From a bacterium (GTDB taxonomy: Bacteria; UBA8248), in NCBI GenBank assembly GCA_963692865.2, contig OY843592.1:2784001-2848000 (forward strand): a stretch of 64,000 nucleotides of DNA, in the 5' to 3' direction. The notes beneath the pieces are model-generated. The model was given only the letters and a program-made list of their open reading frames with translations, did no database searches and had not been told where the DNA came from. Shown one piece after another: positions 46,733-56,578 of the stretch. Position numbers and translations under genes: made by a program. The first letter of the stretch is position 1. Each line of letters begins with the position of its first letter.

Positions 46733-47860
46733 CTACAGCGACGCCAATTCCGAGCAGACGGCGCGAAGACGATCCGCCAGAAGGTCCCGGCGCCGAACCG
46801 CTTCCTCGTGCCTGACCGCCCACGCCTGGACGCCCTTGCTCGATACGTCTTCGGCGAAGCCGTCCTTCGAGAACTCGTCCACCCACCTCTCCAGTATCGC
46901 TTGCGACTCGTCGGGGAGTTCGTAGTCGTAGACGGCCGCCCCGAAAGTGAAGTCCCTCGTGCGCATCCATCCGGCGCCCGTCCGCGAATACAGCCAGGCG
47001 ACGCTGATCGGCCTCCGCCAGGCCGGGCATTTCGCCCGGATGCTCACCCCGGACGAGCCATAGAAAATCTCGCCGCCCGATTGCAACGCCGCATCCAGAA
47101 GGCGCTCCGCCACATCTCGCACTTTTACATCCGCAAACCCCTCCAGGAAGGAATCGCGCGTCAACCGACCGGACAGGCCGCGGGCCGGGGCGGCCGACGT
47201 CCTGCCGATGACCCGCGGCACGAGCGTCCGGGACGACCTGCCGTGGAACCGCTTGATCTCGACCGCCAGAACCTCGACGCCGGGCATCTGCGCGTTCAGG
47301 AACGCCACCACCCGCGCGAGCGGGTCGGGTATGGCGTCCGCCACGAACAGCAGGCGCAGACGCCTCGCCGCAAGGTTCGTGGAAACGCTCTCCCAGAAGC
47401 CCTCCACGTCGGGCTCTCCATCCGTCCGGAGCAGCGCCGCCAGCTCGTCCCGCGCATCGCGGCCCTGCGCAGCGGCCTGGGTCTCGAATGCGCCGCGCAA
47501 CTCCTCCGCCGACCAGACCTCCGAGGCGTGCGCCGCATACTCCAGAAGCTGTCCCACGATCGTGCGCCGTATTTCAGTGTTCGAACCGCGCTTCAACTCC
47601 ACCAGCGTCGGCACGGCGTCCTGGTCGATGATCAGGTGATCGACGGCCCACCTGGCGGCTTCGCCCGAAGATTCGGCGATGCCCTTCTCGCGGGTGACGA
47701 GTATCCAGCGGCGCGCGTCTCCGGGGCGGATCTGCTCGCCGTCGAGCAGTTCCGGGTGCTCGGCGATCAGCGCCTGGAAGTCGTCCTCGCTGGCAAACGG
47801 CGTCTCTTCGAGAATCTCCAGCGCGCCGTCATCGACCGATGTATAGATGCGTTCGGGCAT
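46733..47860 (-). CDS. PD-(D/E)XK nuclease-like protein (NucS/EndoMS C-domain-like)
   Basis: SEDDFQ, VDHLIID..LVELKR, GQLLEY. Confidence 0.68.
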   Translation of the reverse strand: MPERIYTSVDDGALEILEETPFASEDDFQALIAEHPELLDGEQIRPGDARRWILVTREKGIAESSGEAARWAVDHLIIDQDAVPTLVELKRGSNTEIRRTIVGQLLEYAAHASEVWSAEELRGAFETQAAAQGRDARDELAALLRTDGEPDVEGFWESVSTNLAARRLRLLFVADAIPDPLARVVAFLNAQMPGVEVLAVEIKRFHGRSSRTLVPRVIGRTSAAPARGLSGRLTRDSFLEGFADVKVRDVAERLLDAALQSGGEIFYGSSGVSIRAKCPAWRRPISVAWLYSRTGAGWMRTRDFTFGAAVYDYELPDESQAILERWVDEFSKDGFAEDVSSKGVQAWAVRHEEAVRRRDLLADRLRAVCSELASL

Positions 47861-47935
47861 AATCCACTCCTCACCTGGACCCGGCGGCGGAATTCATCCT
47901 TGAACGGCGGCGCCAACCGACGGGAGAGTAGAGAA

Positions 47936-48160
47936 CCACCCCCCCTTGAGGGGGCTGTTGAAAAAGTCCTCCTCGGTCGGTCGATTCCTCCCTCATTGGT
48001 CGGAATCGACCACCGCCGTCATTCCGGCGAAAGCCGGAATCCATTTTCAAGCAGAATGACAATGCTCCGGCTTTTCATCTCCTCGCCATTGGCGGGAGGC
48101 AATCAGAAAACAAAAAACAAAGGCAAAACAAATGGATTCCGGCTTTCGCCGGAATGACGG
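47936..48160. repeat. MITE end plus CGTC-REPIN
   Basis: GGGGCTGTTGAAAAAGTCC; inverted CGTCATTCCGGCGAAAGCCGGAATCC pair at about 48017 and 48134. Confidence 0.85.
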
Positions 48161-48203
48161 TAATCTCGACTGGCGCGGTGTCAGGCATTGCCGCTTCCAG
48201 AAA

Positions 48204-48728
48204 TCAAAAATCCACCTTGTCCGCCTCGTCGGTTTCCGGGAAGGGCCCCTCCTTTATCTCGATGGCCTTCGTGCCCGCTTCCAGGAACTCGATGCGGTGG
48301 CCCTCGTACATGAGGATCATGTCGCCGGGCGCAAGCTCCACGTCGGCCGCATGGCCGCCCTCCTTGGCGTAGACGCCGATACGCATCCGGCCCGAGCGGC
48401 ATATCATGATCTGGTGGCGCGTCGTGTTGGCGGGGCGCTCCGTGACCTCATGATAGTGGGGGTTCACGACGGCGCCGGGGTTTCTGTTCAGCATGACGAT
48501 CTGGAGCGGGTTCTCGTCCGGCGTCATGTGGGCCTTCGTCCTCCGCTCGGTTTCGGGGTCGGCGCCCGAGTAGGCTTCCGCCAGATGGGCGCGCTCTTCT
48601 TCCGAATCCAGATAGGGCGGGAAGGCGGCGTAATCGTCAAAATCGTTTCGGATGACCAGCGCCAGCGTCCTCCCGTCCGCGGCCTTCACGTATTCGACGC
48701 CCGCCGCTTCGATTTCTCCAGCCATCAA
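48204..48728 (-). CDS. Cupin-fold protein (WbuC-like)
   Basis: NPHYH...HQIM, GDMIL..GHRIEF, EIKEGP. Confidence 0.65.
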   Translation of the reverse strand: MMAGEIEAAGVEYVKAADGRTLALVIRNDFDDYAAFPPYLDSEEERAHLAEAYSGADPETERRTKAHMTPDENPLQIVMLNRNPGAVVNPHYHEVTERPANTTRHQIMICRSGRMRIGVYAKEGGHAADVELAPGDMILMYEGHRIEFLEAGTKAIEIKEGPFPETDEADKVDF

Positions 48729-48769
48729 CGCATCTCCTCAAGATGTCGTGAACACACGGACAGCAAGCA

Positions 48770-49567
48770 TCAAAGCCCCAGCACGTCCGCCATGCCGTAG
48801 ATGCCGGGGGATTTGTCCGCCACCCAGCGGACGGCGCGAACCGCGCCCGCCGCGAAATTATCCCGGCTGCCGGCGCGGTGGGTGATCTCCACCCGCTCGC
48901 CCATGCCGAAGAAATAGACGGTGTGCTCGCCGGGAACGTCGCCGCCGCGCAGGGTCTGCATGCCGATGACGCCCTCGGGGCGCACGCCGGTATGGCCTTC
49001 GCGGTGAAACACCGCGTCTTCTGGATATTTTTTGCCCGCCACACGGGCGAGGATTTCGCCCATGCGCACCGCCGTTCCCGAGGGGGCGTCTATTTTCTGG
49101 TTGTGGTGAGTTTCGATTACCTCGATGTCGTAAGCCTCGCCCAGGAGCCGGGCGGCCTCTTCTATCAGGCGAAAGGAGACGTTCACCCCCACGCTCATGT
49201 TGGGCGCCAGGACGCAGGCGATTCTGTCGCCGAAGCCCGCTATCTCCTCGCGCTGCGCATCGCTGAATCCCGTGGTGCCGACGACGGCGGCCATCCCCTT
49301 CCCGGCCGCCAGGCGCGCGTGAGCGACGCTCGCTTCGGGGACCGCGAACGAGACGAGCACGTCGCCGCTCAAAGAAGCCGAATCGCTGGTGAGGGCGACG
49401 CCCATTTCCGCGCAACCTGCGTGCGCGCCCGCATCCGCGCCCAAAGCTTCAAACCCCTCGCGCTCCAGCGCGCCCGAGAGGGTGAGGTCGTCCGATGAGG
49501 CGATCTGGTGGATGATGCGGCCCCCCATCCTGCCGCCGGCTCCGGCCACGACGATTCGTATCGACAC
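48770..49567 (-). CDS. dapB: 4-hydroxy-tetrahydrodipicolinate reductase
   Basis: GAGGRMG, GTTG, APNMSVG, ETHHNQKIDAPSGTA, RGGDVPGEH, FAAGA. Confidence 0.97.
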   Translation of the reverse strand: MSIRIVVAGAGGRMGGRIIHQIASSDDLTLSGALEREGFEALGADAGAHAGCAEMGVALTSDSASLSGDVLVSFAVPEASVAHARLAAGKGMAAVVGTTGFSDAQREEIAGFGDRIACVLAPNMSVGVNVSFRLIEEAARLLGEAYDIEVIETHHNQKIDAPSGTAVRMGEILARVAGKKYPEDAVFHREGHTGVRPEGVIGMQTLRGGDVPGEHTVYFFGMGERVEITHRAGSRDNFAAGAVRAVRWVADKSPGIYGMADVLGL

Positions 49568-49598
49568 GGGATTCCCCTTCCCTGCTAAGGAATATCAA

Positions 49599-49611
49599 CA
49601 AGTCATTGATT
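49599..49611 (-). promoter_or_regulatory. IHF-like site in the divergent dapB/ECF gap
   Basis: Minus strand AATCAATGACTTG matches WATCAANNNNTTR. Confidence 0.45.
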
Positions 49612-49643
49612 GTAAAGTATTATACGCTTTACGCCCGAAAGTG

Positions 49644-49671
49644 GGAACCTGCCTGCGTCATAAGGGGTGTT
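49644..49671 (+). promoter_or_regulatory. Possible ECF autoregulatory promoter
   Basis: GGAACC...TGTT upstream of the ECF gene. Confidence 0.3.
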
Positions 49672-49734
49672 GGAAGAGGAAACGCGGAAACGCCCGCTTT
49701 TTGACGGCTTGTTTGATACTATAAGGCGACGAGG

Positions 49735-50358
49735 ATGTTCACTCTGGCGATACCGGCTTGGGGATTGGGACTTTTGGAAGCCCCGCAAGAAGAACACCAG
49801 GAGTCTTTCTGGATCAAGCGCTGCCAGAACGGCGACAGGGACGCTTTCGAGCCCCTGGTTCGCCAGAACGCAGGCAAAATCCAGCGCCTCGTGTGGGGGA
49901 TGCTCGGAGAACGCAGGGAAGACGCCGACGACGTCGTCCAGGAGATATTCATCAAGGCGTATCTCGCATTGCCCAAGTTCCGGGGAGACGCCAAGTTCTC
50001 CACCTGGGTCTACCGCATTGCGGTCAACCATTGCCGCGACTACCTGAAGCGCGGGGGGCCGCTGCCGCTGGAACTGAGCGAAGAGCAAGTCGCCGCTGAA
50101 CCCGCGCCGGAAGACGCGGAAGTGCAGGACGCGTTGCGCGAGATGCAGGAGAGGCGCGCGAGCGATGAACTCCAAAAGCTCCTCGCGCAATTGCCCGAAA
50201 AACATCGCCGGATCCTGGTGATGCGCGAACTCGAGGGAATGAGTTACGATGAGATAGGCGAAGTGCTCGAGATCAGGCCCGGCACGGTGCGCTCGAGGCT
50301 CAACAGGGCGCGCGCGGGTCTCATGCGCGCCGCCGAGAGCGCCCGGGAGGCGAAGTGA
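49735..50358 (+). CDS. ECF sigma-70 factor
   Basis: DADDVVQEIFIKAY, FSTWVYRIAVN, GMSYDEIG, GTVRSRLNRAR. Confidence 0.94.
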   Translation: MFTLAIPAWGLGLLEAPQEEHQESFWIKRCQNGDRDAFEPLVRQNAGKIQRLVWGMLGERREDADDVVQEIFIKAYLALPKFRGDAKFSTWVYRIAVNHCRDYLKRGGPLPLELSEEQVAAEPAPEDAEVQDALREMQERRASDELQKLLAQLPEKHRRILVMRELEGMSYDEIGEVLEIRPGTVRSRLNRARAGLMRAAESAREAK

Positions 50359-50816
50359 TGCGCTGGTGGGAAAACATTCTGGGCAGAGGCCGGAACGCGC
50401 GGGACTGGGACGCTCCACGGCCCGAAGACGAGACGGTCGAGGAGCTCAAGGTCCTCTTCGAGGCCGCCCGCGAGGACGCGCCTGCGCCTGACGAGAAGCT
50501 CTGGGAAAAGCTGCGCCCCCGGCTCGCCGCCCATGAGGCGCAATCCGGCGGCGCCTTCTCCTTCGTCTCGGCATTGGCCGCGACGGGGCCGAGATTCGCC
50601 GCGGCGGCCCTGGGCGTCCTCCTCCTCGTTGCGGGCCTTTTCTGGAGCCAGGGCGTCGAGAGGCAGGCGCGCATCCCGGCTCCCAGGACGAATCTGGCGG
50701 TCAATCTGGACAGAAACCCCCTGAACCCCACCATTGTGATGGTCGGCAGCGCACTGGAAGCGCAATCGGGTCAGGACTTGCTCCGATACGTCGCCTACGG
50801 TTCGACGGGGCGTTAA
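50355..50816 (+). CDS. Putative single-TM anti-sigma factor
   Basis: Overlaps the ECF stop; TM FAAAALGVLLLVAGLFW. Confidence 0.65.
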   Translation: MMRWWENILGRGRNARDWDAPRPEDETVEELKVLFEAAREDAPAPDEKLWEKLRPRLAAHEAQSGGAFSFVSALAATGPRFAAAALGVLLLVAGLFWSQGVERQARIPAPRTNLAVNLDRNPLNPTIVMVGSALEAQSGQDLLRYVAYGSTGR

Positions 50817-50833
50817 CCGATGAGACGGAGACG

Positions 50834-51370
50834 ATGAAAAACTGGTTCACGAAAGATTTCATGAAGGCGTCGGCCGTGCTGTTGATCGTGTTCCTCGCGG
50901 GCGCGGGCACCGGCTACGTCGGCGGACGCAAATACGCGGAATACAAGCTCCACATGGAATACACCTCCCGCGTCCAGCCGTCCCGCATCGAAACCAAGGG
51001 ACTCTCGGCGTCCGGGGCCCGCTCCGTCCGCGCCGAACGCGCCGGAAGCGCAAGACGCCGCTCCAGAGGCGAGAGACGCTTCATGCGCCGGCTGGAGCGG
51101 GACTTGAACCTGAACCCCGCGCAACGCGAAAACGTGGATCGCGCGCTCCAGAATCATTACGAGCGGATACGCGACATCAGACGCAGCATGAGGCCCCGGA
51201 TCAACTCCATCATGCAGGAAATACGCCAGGACGTGCGCTCTTTCCTGGACGATGAGCAGAAAACGTCTTTCGACAGAATGGTCCAGAAATTCGAGGAAAG
51301 ACGCAAAAGGCGATGGAGGAAGTACAGAAAGCACCGCCCAGACGACCCGGCCGGTCAGTCGAGGAAGTAG
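50834..51370 (+). CDS. Membrane-anchored periplasmic helical protein (Spy/CpxP/heavy-metal-sensor-like)
   Basis: VFLAGAGTG anchor; LNLNPAQ and FLDDEQ LTxxQ-like motifs. Confidence 0.7.
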   Translation: MKNWFTKDFMKASAVLLIVFLAGAGTGYVGGRKYAEYKLHMEYTSRVQPSRIETKGLSASGARSVRAERAGSARRRSRGERRFMRRLERDLNLNPAQRENVDRALQNHYERIRDIRRSMRPRINSIMQEIRQDVRSFLDDEQKTSFDRMVQKFEERRKRRWRKYRKHRPDDPAGQSRK

Positions 51371-51436
51371 CAAGACGCAGCAGACGCACAGCGCCGCCAA
51401 AATGAAACACAAACGCCACACCGGAGGAAATCGAAC

Positions 51437-52054
51437 ATGAAACGTCAAAAACACCGCACCCTTTCGACAGCCGTCATGGCCGCCGTGTTGAGCCTCGGCC
51501 TCGCCGGCGCGTCCTGGGCCGCAAACGGAGAATCTTCCCGGGAGGCCGCGCCGAATTTCCCGCAAATGATCGAACAAATGGAAAAGATGATGGAAGGCGT
51601 GCATTTCATGGGTCCCCGCCACCGGGGACGCCGGGGAATGCGCGGCCCGATGCCTTACTCGGCGCGCCCGCTGGTTTCCATCGCGCTGAGGAACCACGAA
51701 GAGCTCAAGCTCACCGACGATCAGGTGAAACGCCTGAAGGACATCCGGGACGCGTTTTCCAAGAAGTCGGTCAAGGAGCGCGCCGAGATGAAGACCCGCA
51801 GAATCGACCTCAAGCGCGCGCTCGACGCCGAAAAGATCGACCTCGCCGGCGTGGAGAAGAAAATACGCGAGATTTCCACGATGCGAGCGGATTTGAGGAT
51901 TGCGCGCCTCAAGGCGATTCAGGAGGGAAGGTCCGTCCTGAACGCGGAGCAGCAGAAGCAGTTGTCGAAGATCGCCCGGAAACGCCGGGGCCCCGGGTTC
52001 CGTAAGCAGATGTTCAAAGGCCCGGACTCCGGGAACCGGCCCCAGACTTACTAG
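51437..52054 (+). CDS. Spy/CpxP family periplasmic chaperone
   Basis: Signal peptide; LKLTDDQ and VLNAEQ motifs; Met-rich N-terminus. Confidence 0.85.
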   Translation: MKRQKHRTLSTAVMAAVLSLGLAGASWAANGESSREAAPNFPQMIEQMEKMMEGVHFMGPRHRGRRGMRGPMPYSARPLVSIALRNHEELKLTDDQVKRLKDIRDAFSKKSVKERAEMKTRRIDLKRALDAEKIDLAGVEKKIREISTMRADLRIARLKAIQEGRSVLNAEQQKQLSKIARKRRGPGFRKQMFKGPDSGNRPQTY

Positions 52055-52065
52055 ACATCCCGACG

Positions 52066-52100
52066 CCCCGGGGCATGGCGTGAAAACCATGCCCCGGGCT
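52066..52100 (+). terminator. Stem-loop after the Spy-like gene
   Basis: CCGGGGCATGG-loop-CCATGCCCCGG. Confidence 0.55.
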
Positions 52101-52333
52101 TCCGGGCCCATCGGTTGGAGCCGCCATGTGGATTTTGATGTATGAGGTATACGCCGGTTACGATCTGCTCGATTTCGCCCTGGCGGGCGCCATCCTCGTC
52201 GTTTCGGGGATGGTTTGCCTTCTCCTGAGAGAACTCCGGCGGGATGATTTCCTGAACGTCGCCTCACCCGAATAGTACGGATCCCCCCCTAAAGAGCTAT
52301 TAAAAAGTCCAATGAAAGAGGATTGCAGGTTTT

Positions 52334-52749
52334 GTAGGGACAGGTCGCGACCTGTCCCTACGGTCGGTGGCGGTCCTTCCCTCTTGGGTCAGAACCGACT
52401 TCTCGGGATCCACGACGAATTTGATTTTGTTCGTCATTCCGGCGCATGCCGGAATCCAGGGACTTTGCCTTTGTTTTTTTGTTTCTTCCGTATTTCCGCC
52501 AATGAGTGGGGGATGAAAGCCGGAGCGTCGCCATTCTCCTCGGCTCTGGATTCCGGCATGCGCCGGAATGACGGCTTCATGGTTCGGTTCGACGCATGCG
52601 CCGGATTGTAGGGATCGCATATATGCGACCCGCATTGTGAAGGCAAAAAGGCAGGGCCGCATGTATGTCGGACATATATGTCCGACCTACACTCACTTGG
52701 GCAAGGCGGAATCCTATTGCCGGCATTGCAGGCTTTTTCAACAACCCCT
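52334..52749. repeat. Composite REP cluster
   Basis: GTAGGGACAGGTCGCGACCTGTCCCTAC (also 57328), inverted CGTC-REPs 52432/52548, GTAG-REPIN 52608-52690 homologous to 22602-22686, TTTTTCAACAACCCC end. Confidence 0.85.
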
Positions 52750-52767
52750 TGAAAACCGGATTGAAAC

Positions 52768-53592
52768 TCACAGCAGCGCCTCTTCCGTCATCTCTCCTTC
52801 GTAGACGAGCCGGGTCTCCCCTTCCATGTAGACGTCGCGCACATCCGCGCCTGCGCCCTCGAAATATATCTTGAGAATCTCGCCGCTTCTTACGTTTACG
52901 TCCACGGGAGCGCTCACCAGCCCGCGCGTAGCGGCGAGTATCGCCGTCGCCACGGCGCCCGTGCCGCATGCCAGGGTCTCGTTCTCCACGCCCCGCTCAT
53001 AGGTTCTTAAGATTACCGAATTCTCCCCGCTCACCCGGGCGAAGTTCGCATTCGCGCCCGCGGGCGCAAAGGCATCGTGCGTGCGGATCGCCCGGCCATC
53101 CGCCACGATCTCGACATTCTCCACGTCGTCGGTGAACTCCACCGCATGGGGGACACCCGTATTCATGTGATCCGCCAGAACTTCTCTCCCGTTGATATCG
53201 AGCTTGATGCCGACGCGGTAATCAAACGGCTGGGTCATCCGCAGCTTGACTTTTGAGCCGTTCATCGTCGCGTCGATGACGCCCGCGATGGTCTCGAACG
53301 ACACCGAATCCGCGGCGATACCCAACTCCCTCGCGAAGCGCGCGGCGCAGCGCCCGCCGTTTCCGCACATCTCGCCCTCGGAGCCGTCTGCGTTGAAGAA
53401 GCGCCACTTGAAATCGGCCCGCTCGCTCGGTTCGATGAACATCAACCCGTCGGCGCCCACGGACTGGCCCCTGCGGCAGACTCTCTTGACGAAATCGATC
53501 ATCTCATCGGCCTGGTGCTCCAGTTTCCTGTTGTCGATGAATATGAAGTCGTTGCCGCTTCCGCTGAACTTGGTGAATGCGATTTTGCTCAC
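52768..53592 (-). CDS. dapF: Diaminopimelate epimerase
   Basis: GSGNDF, GADG, NADGSEGEMCGNGGRC, NTGVPH, TYERGVENETLACGTG; GTG overlaps the lysA stop. Confidence 0.96.
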   Translation of the reverse strand: MSKIAFTKFSGSGNDFIFIDNRKLEHQADEMIDFVKRVCRRGQSVGADGLMFIEPSERADFKWRFFNADGSEGEMCGNGGRCAARFARELGIAADSVSFETIAGVIDATMNGSKVKLRMTQPFDYRVGIKLDINGREVLADHMNTGVPHAVEFTDDVENVEIVADGRAIRTHDAFAPAGANANFARVSGENSVILRTYERGVENETLACGTGAVATAILAATRGLVSAPVDVNVRSGEILKIYFEGAGADVRDVYMEGETRLVYEGEMTEEALL

Positions 53593-54866
53593 GGGATCCG
53601 CCTTTCTTCGATGAATGCCGGTATATGCTCGCCGCGTACGAGGTCGTCGTACGTCTCGCGCTCCCTGATGATATGATACTCCGCCCCGCGCACAAGAATC
53701 TCGGGCGGCCGGGGGCGCGAATTGTAGTTCGACGCCATGGTGAAGCCGTACGCGCCCGAACTCATGACGGCCACCAGATCGTCGCGGTGAAGCTCGGGCA
53801 GATCGCGGTCCTTGGCCAGATAGTCCCCGCTCTCGCATACGGGACCCACCAGGTCCGTAACATGCTTCGGCCTCTCCCGCGCCGCCTCCTCCACGGGCCA
53901 CACGTCCTGGAAGGCCTGATAGAGGCTGGGTCGGATCAAGTCGTTCATGCCGGCGTCGATGATGACGAAGCGTTTCTCCGGGTTTTCCTTCTCGTACAGC
54001 ACGCGCGTGACGAGAACCCCTGCGTTGCCCGTGATGACGCGGCCCGGCTCGAAAATCAGCGTGCATCCCAAATCCTGGAGCTTCGGCAATATGGCCGCCG
54101 CGTAATCTTTCGGCAGCGGCGGCGCCTCGTCGTGATAGGTGATGCCGAGGCCGCCGCCCAGGTTCAGGTAGCGGATGTCGTGGCCGTCGCCGCGCAACTC
54201 ACGCACCAGGCGCGCCACGATTTCCACCGAATCGGCGAACGGGCTGCTCGATGTTATCTGGCTTCCGATATGGCAATGCACGCCGGAGGGTTCAACGCCT
54301 TCGAGCTTCGCGGCCGTCCGGTACTGCTCCCGCGCCCGGTTGATGTCGATGCCGAACTTGCTCTTCTTGAGGCCGGTGGTGATGTAGGGATGGGTCTGGG
54401 GGTCGACGTCGGGGTTCACCCGAATCGCGACCTGCGCCTGCTTGCCCTCCCGGCTCGCCACCGCGGCGATGTTCACCAACTCCTCCTCGCTCTCCACGTT
54501 GAAGAGTAGCACGCCCTTTTCGAGCGCGTAGGCGATCTCCTCGTCCGACTTGCCGACGCCCGCGAACACGACCCGATCGAGGGGCAGCCCGGCCTTCACC
54601 GCGCGGAACAACTCGCCTCCCGAAACGATGTCCAGCCCGCCGCCCATCGCGCCGAACAGCCGGAGAATCGCCAGGTTCGAATTGCTCTTCATGGCGAAGC
54701 AGATGAGGTGCGGGACGGATGCGAACGCCTCGTCGAAGACGCGGAAATGCCTCGTAAGCGTCTCGTGGCTGTAGGCGTAAAAAGGCGTTCCCACCTCCTC
54801 CGCCAGCTGCGTCAGGGATACGCCCTCGGCGCACAACTCTCCGTCTTTGTAGTCAAAATGGTGCAT
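53589..54866 (-). CDS. lysA: Diaminopimelate decarboxylase
   Basis: FAMKSN, VSGGE, SKFG, HCHIGSQ, GGGLG, EPGR, GPVCESGD, MASNYNSRPR. Confidence 0.97.
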   Translation of the reverse strand: MHHFDYKDGELCAEGVSLTQLAEEVGTPFYAYSHETLTRHFRVFDEAFASVPHLICFAMKSNSNLAILRLFGAMGGGLDIVSGGELFRAVKAGLPLDRVVFAGVGKSDEEIAYALEKGVLLFNVESEEELVNIAAVASREGKQAQVAIRVNPDVDPQTHPYITTGLKKSKFGIDINRAREQYRTAAKLEGVEPSGVHCHIGSQITSSSPFADSVEIVARLVRELRGDGHDIRYLNLGGGLGITYHDEAPPLPKDYAAAILPKLQDLGCTLIFEPGRVITGNAGVLVTRVLYEKENPEKRFVIIDAGMNDLIRPSLYQAFQDVWPVEEAARERPKHVTDLVGPVCESGDYLAKDRDLPELHRDDLVAVMSSGAYGFTMASNYNSRPRPPEILVRGAEYHIIRERETYDDLVRGEHIPAFIEERRIP

Positions 54867-54907
54867 TCTGAAAGCTCACTTTCTGAGTCCCGCCAGGTGC
54901 CGGGTTG

Positions 54908-55024
54908 TCATAAACTCCCGGCGACCGGACTCCTGGGAGGTTTCGGCGGTCCCTTGACGCCGCAACCCGCAGCCATGCAGGCAATCGCGACCATCAGGAC
55001 GCCCACCATTAAAATTCTCTTCAT
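54908..55024 (-). CDS. Small lipoprotein of the LptM/YifL (LPAM_2) type
   Basis: MKRILMVGVLMVAIACMAAGCGVKGPP; typical position between argH and lysA. Confidence 0.75.
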   Translation of the reverse strand: MKRILMVGVLMVAIACMAAGCGVKGPPKPPRSPVAGSL

Positions 55025-55028
55025 CACC

Positions 55029-56456
55029 CTATATTCCCAATCGTTTTCTCTCGGCGCGAATCTGCGCCCGTACGCTTCTCCTGGAGGCTCCCCCCGCGCT
55101 GTTTCTCGCGCGCAGGGATTTCTCCAAAGCCGTTTCCGCCAAATCATTCACGTTGATTCGGGAGTCCGCTTCTTCCAGATCCCCGGCGCTCAACTCCCCG
55201 AGGGCCACCCCCTTCTCGACCGCGATCCGCACGGCGCGTCCCGCCGCTTCGTGCGCCTCTCTGAACGGAATCCCGCGCCGCACCATCGCGTCCGCCAGGT
55301 CCGTCGCCGTCATGTACCCGCCCTCCGCCGCCTTGGCCATCGCCTCCGGCCTGAACCGCATGGATTCGACCATGGGCGCCATGACCTCCAGGGAGGCCAG
55401 CAGGGTATCCGCGGCGTCGAACAGGGATTCCTTGTCCTCCTGCATGTCGCGGTTATAGGTGAGCGGCAGCCCCTTCATCAAGGTGAGCAGGGCGATGAAA
55501 TCCCCAACCACGCGCCCGCTCTTGCCCCGGACGATCTCGGCCACGTCCGGGTTTTTCTTCTGGGGCATCAAGGAGCTGCCCGTCGCGAACGAATCCGCAA
55601 GCTCGACGAAACCGAACTCCCCGCTCGCCCATAGGATGATCTCCTCCCCCAGGCGGCTCAAGTGCATCATCGAGATGGCGGCGGCGGACGCGAACTCCAG
55701 CGCGAAATCGCGATCGCTCACCGCGTCCATGCTGTTCTCCGCAACCGAGGCGAACCCGAGCTTTCTCGCCACCATTTTCCTGTCGATGGGGTGGCTCGCG
55801 CCCGCAAGCGCTCCCGCACCCAGCGGCAGGACGTTCACGCGCTCTCGAACTTCGGTGAGACGCTCCCCGTCGCGCCTGAGCATCTGGGAATACGCGAGCA
55901 GATGATGCGCCGGCGAGACGGGCTGCGCTCGCTGTAAGTGCGTGTAGCCGGGCATCACGGTGCCGGCGTGCGCCTCCGCCTGCGCGAGCAGGGCGCGCCT
56001 GAGCGCAAGCAGCGCATCCTGAATCTCGTCGATCCGGCTTCTGAGCCACAGCCTGAGCGAGGTGGCCACCTGGTCGTTCCGGCTCCGCGCGGTGTGCAGC
56101 CTGCCTCCGGCGGGGCCGATGCGCTCCGTGAGCGCCGCCTCGACGTTCATGTGCACGTCTTCGAGCTCGGCACGGAACTCGAACGCGCCCGCCTCCACCT
56201 CTCTTAAAATGACCTTGAGGCCCGTGACGATGGCGCGGGCGTCCTTTTTCGCAATGATTTCCTGCGCCCCCAGCATTTCCGCGTGCGCGATGGAAGCCAA
56301 GACGTCAAACGTCGCCAGGCGGTAGTCGAACGAAACGCTCTCGGTGAAGGCCTCCACGCGCGCGTCCGTACTCCCCTGGAACCTCCCGCCCCAGGGTTTT
56401 CGGGACTTCGTCTTCGGAGACTTCGCAACTCGCTTCGCCATTTTCTTACGTCCCAT
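55029..56456 (-). CDS. argH: Argininosuccinate lyase
   Basis: WGGRF, EDVHM, HTARSRNDQ, PGYTHLQRAQP, TGSSLMPQKKNPD, YNRDMQEDK. Confidence 0.97.
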   Translation of the reverse strand: MGRKKMAKRVAKSPKTKSRKPWGGRFQGSTDARVEAFTESVSFDYRLATFDVLASIAHAEMLGAQEIIAKKDARAIVTGLKVILREVEAGAFEFRAELEDVHMNVEAALTERIGPAGGRLHTARSRNDQVATSLRLWLRSRIDEIQDALLALRRALLAQAEAHAGTVMPGYTHLQRAQPVSPAHHLLAYSQMLRRDGERLTEVRERVNVLPLGAGALAGASHPIDRKMVARKLGFASVAENSMDAVSDRDFALEFASAAAISMMHLSRLGEEIILWASGEFGFVELADSFATGSSLMPQKKNPDVAEIVRGKSGRVVGDFIALLTLMKGLPLTYNRDMQEDKESLFDAADTLLASLEVMAPMVESMRFRPEAMAKAAEGGYMTATDLADAMVRRGIPFREAHEAAGRAVRIAVEKGVALGELSAGDLEEADSRINVNDLAETALEKSLRARNSAGGASRRSVRAQIRAERKRLGI

Positions 56457-56578
56457 TGTGATTCACTCAGCACCCGGAACCTGTGCCCAAGTGCGCAAAG
56501 AGAACTGCTTACACGATAGCGGGCGGTAAGGGCAACCAAGGGAAACGGAAATCAGGGAGGATCGCCCCGCCCCGCTTG

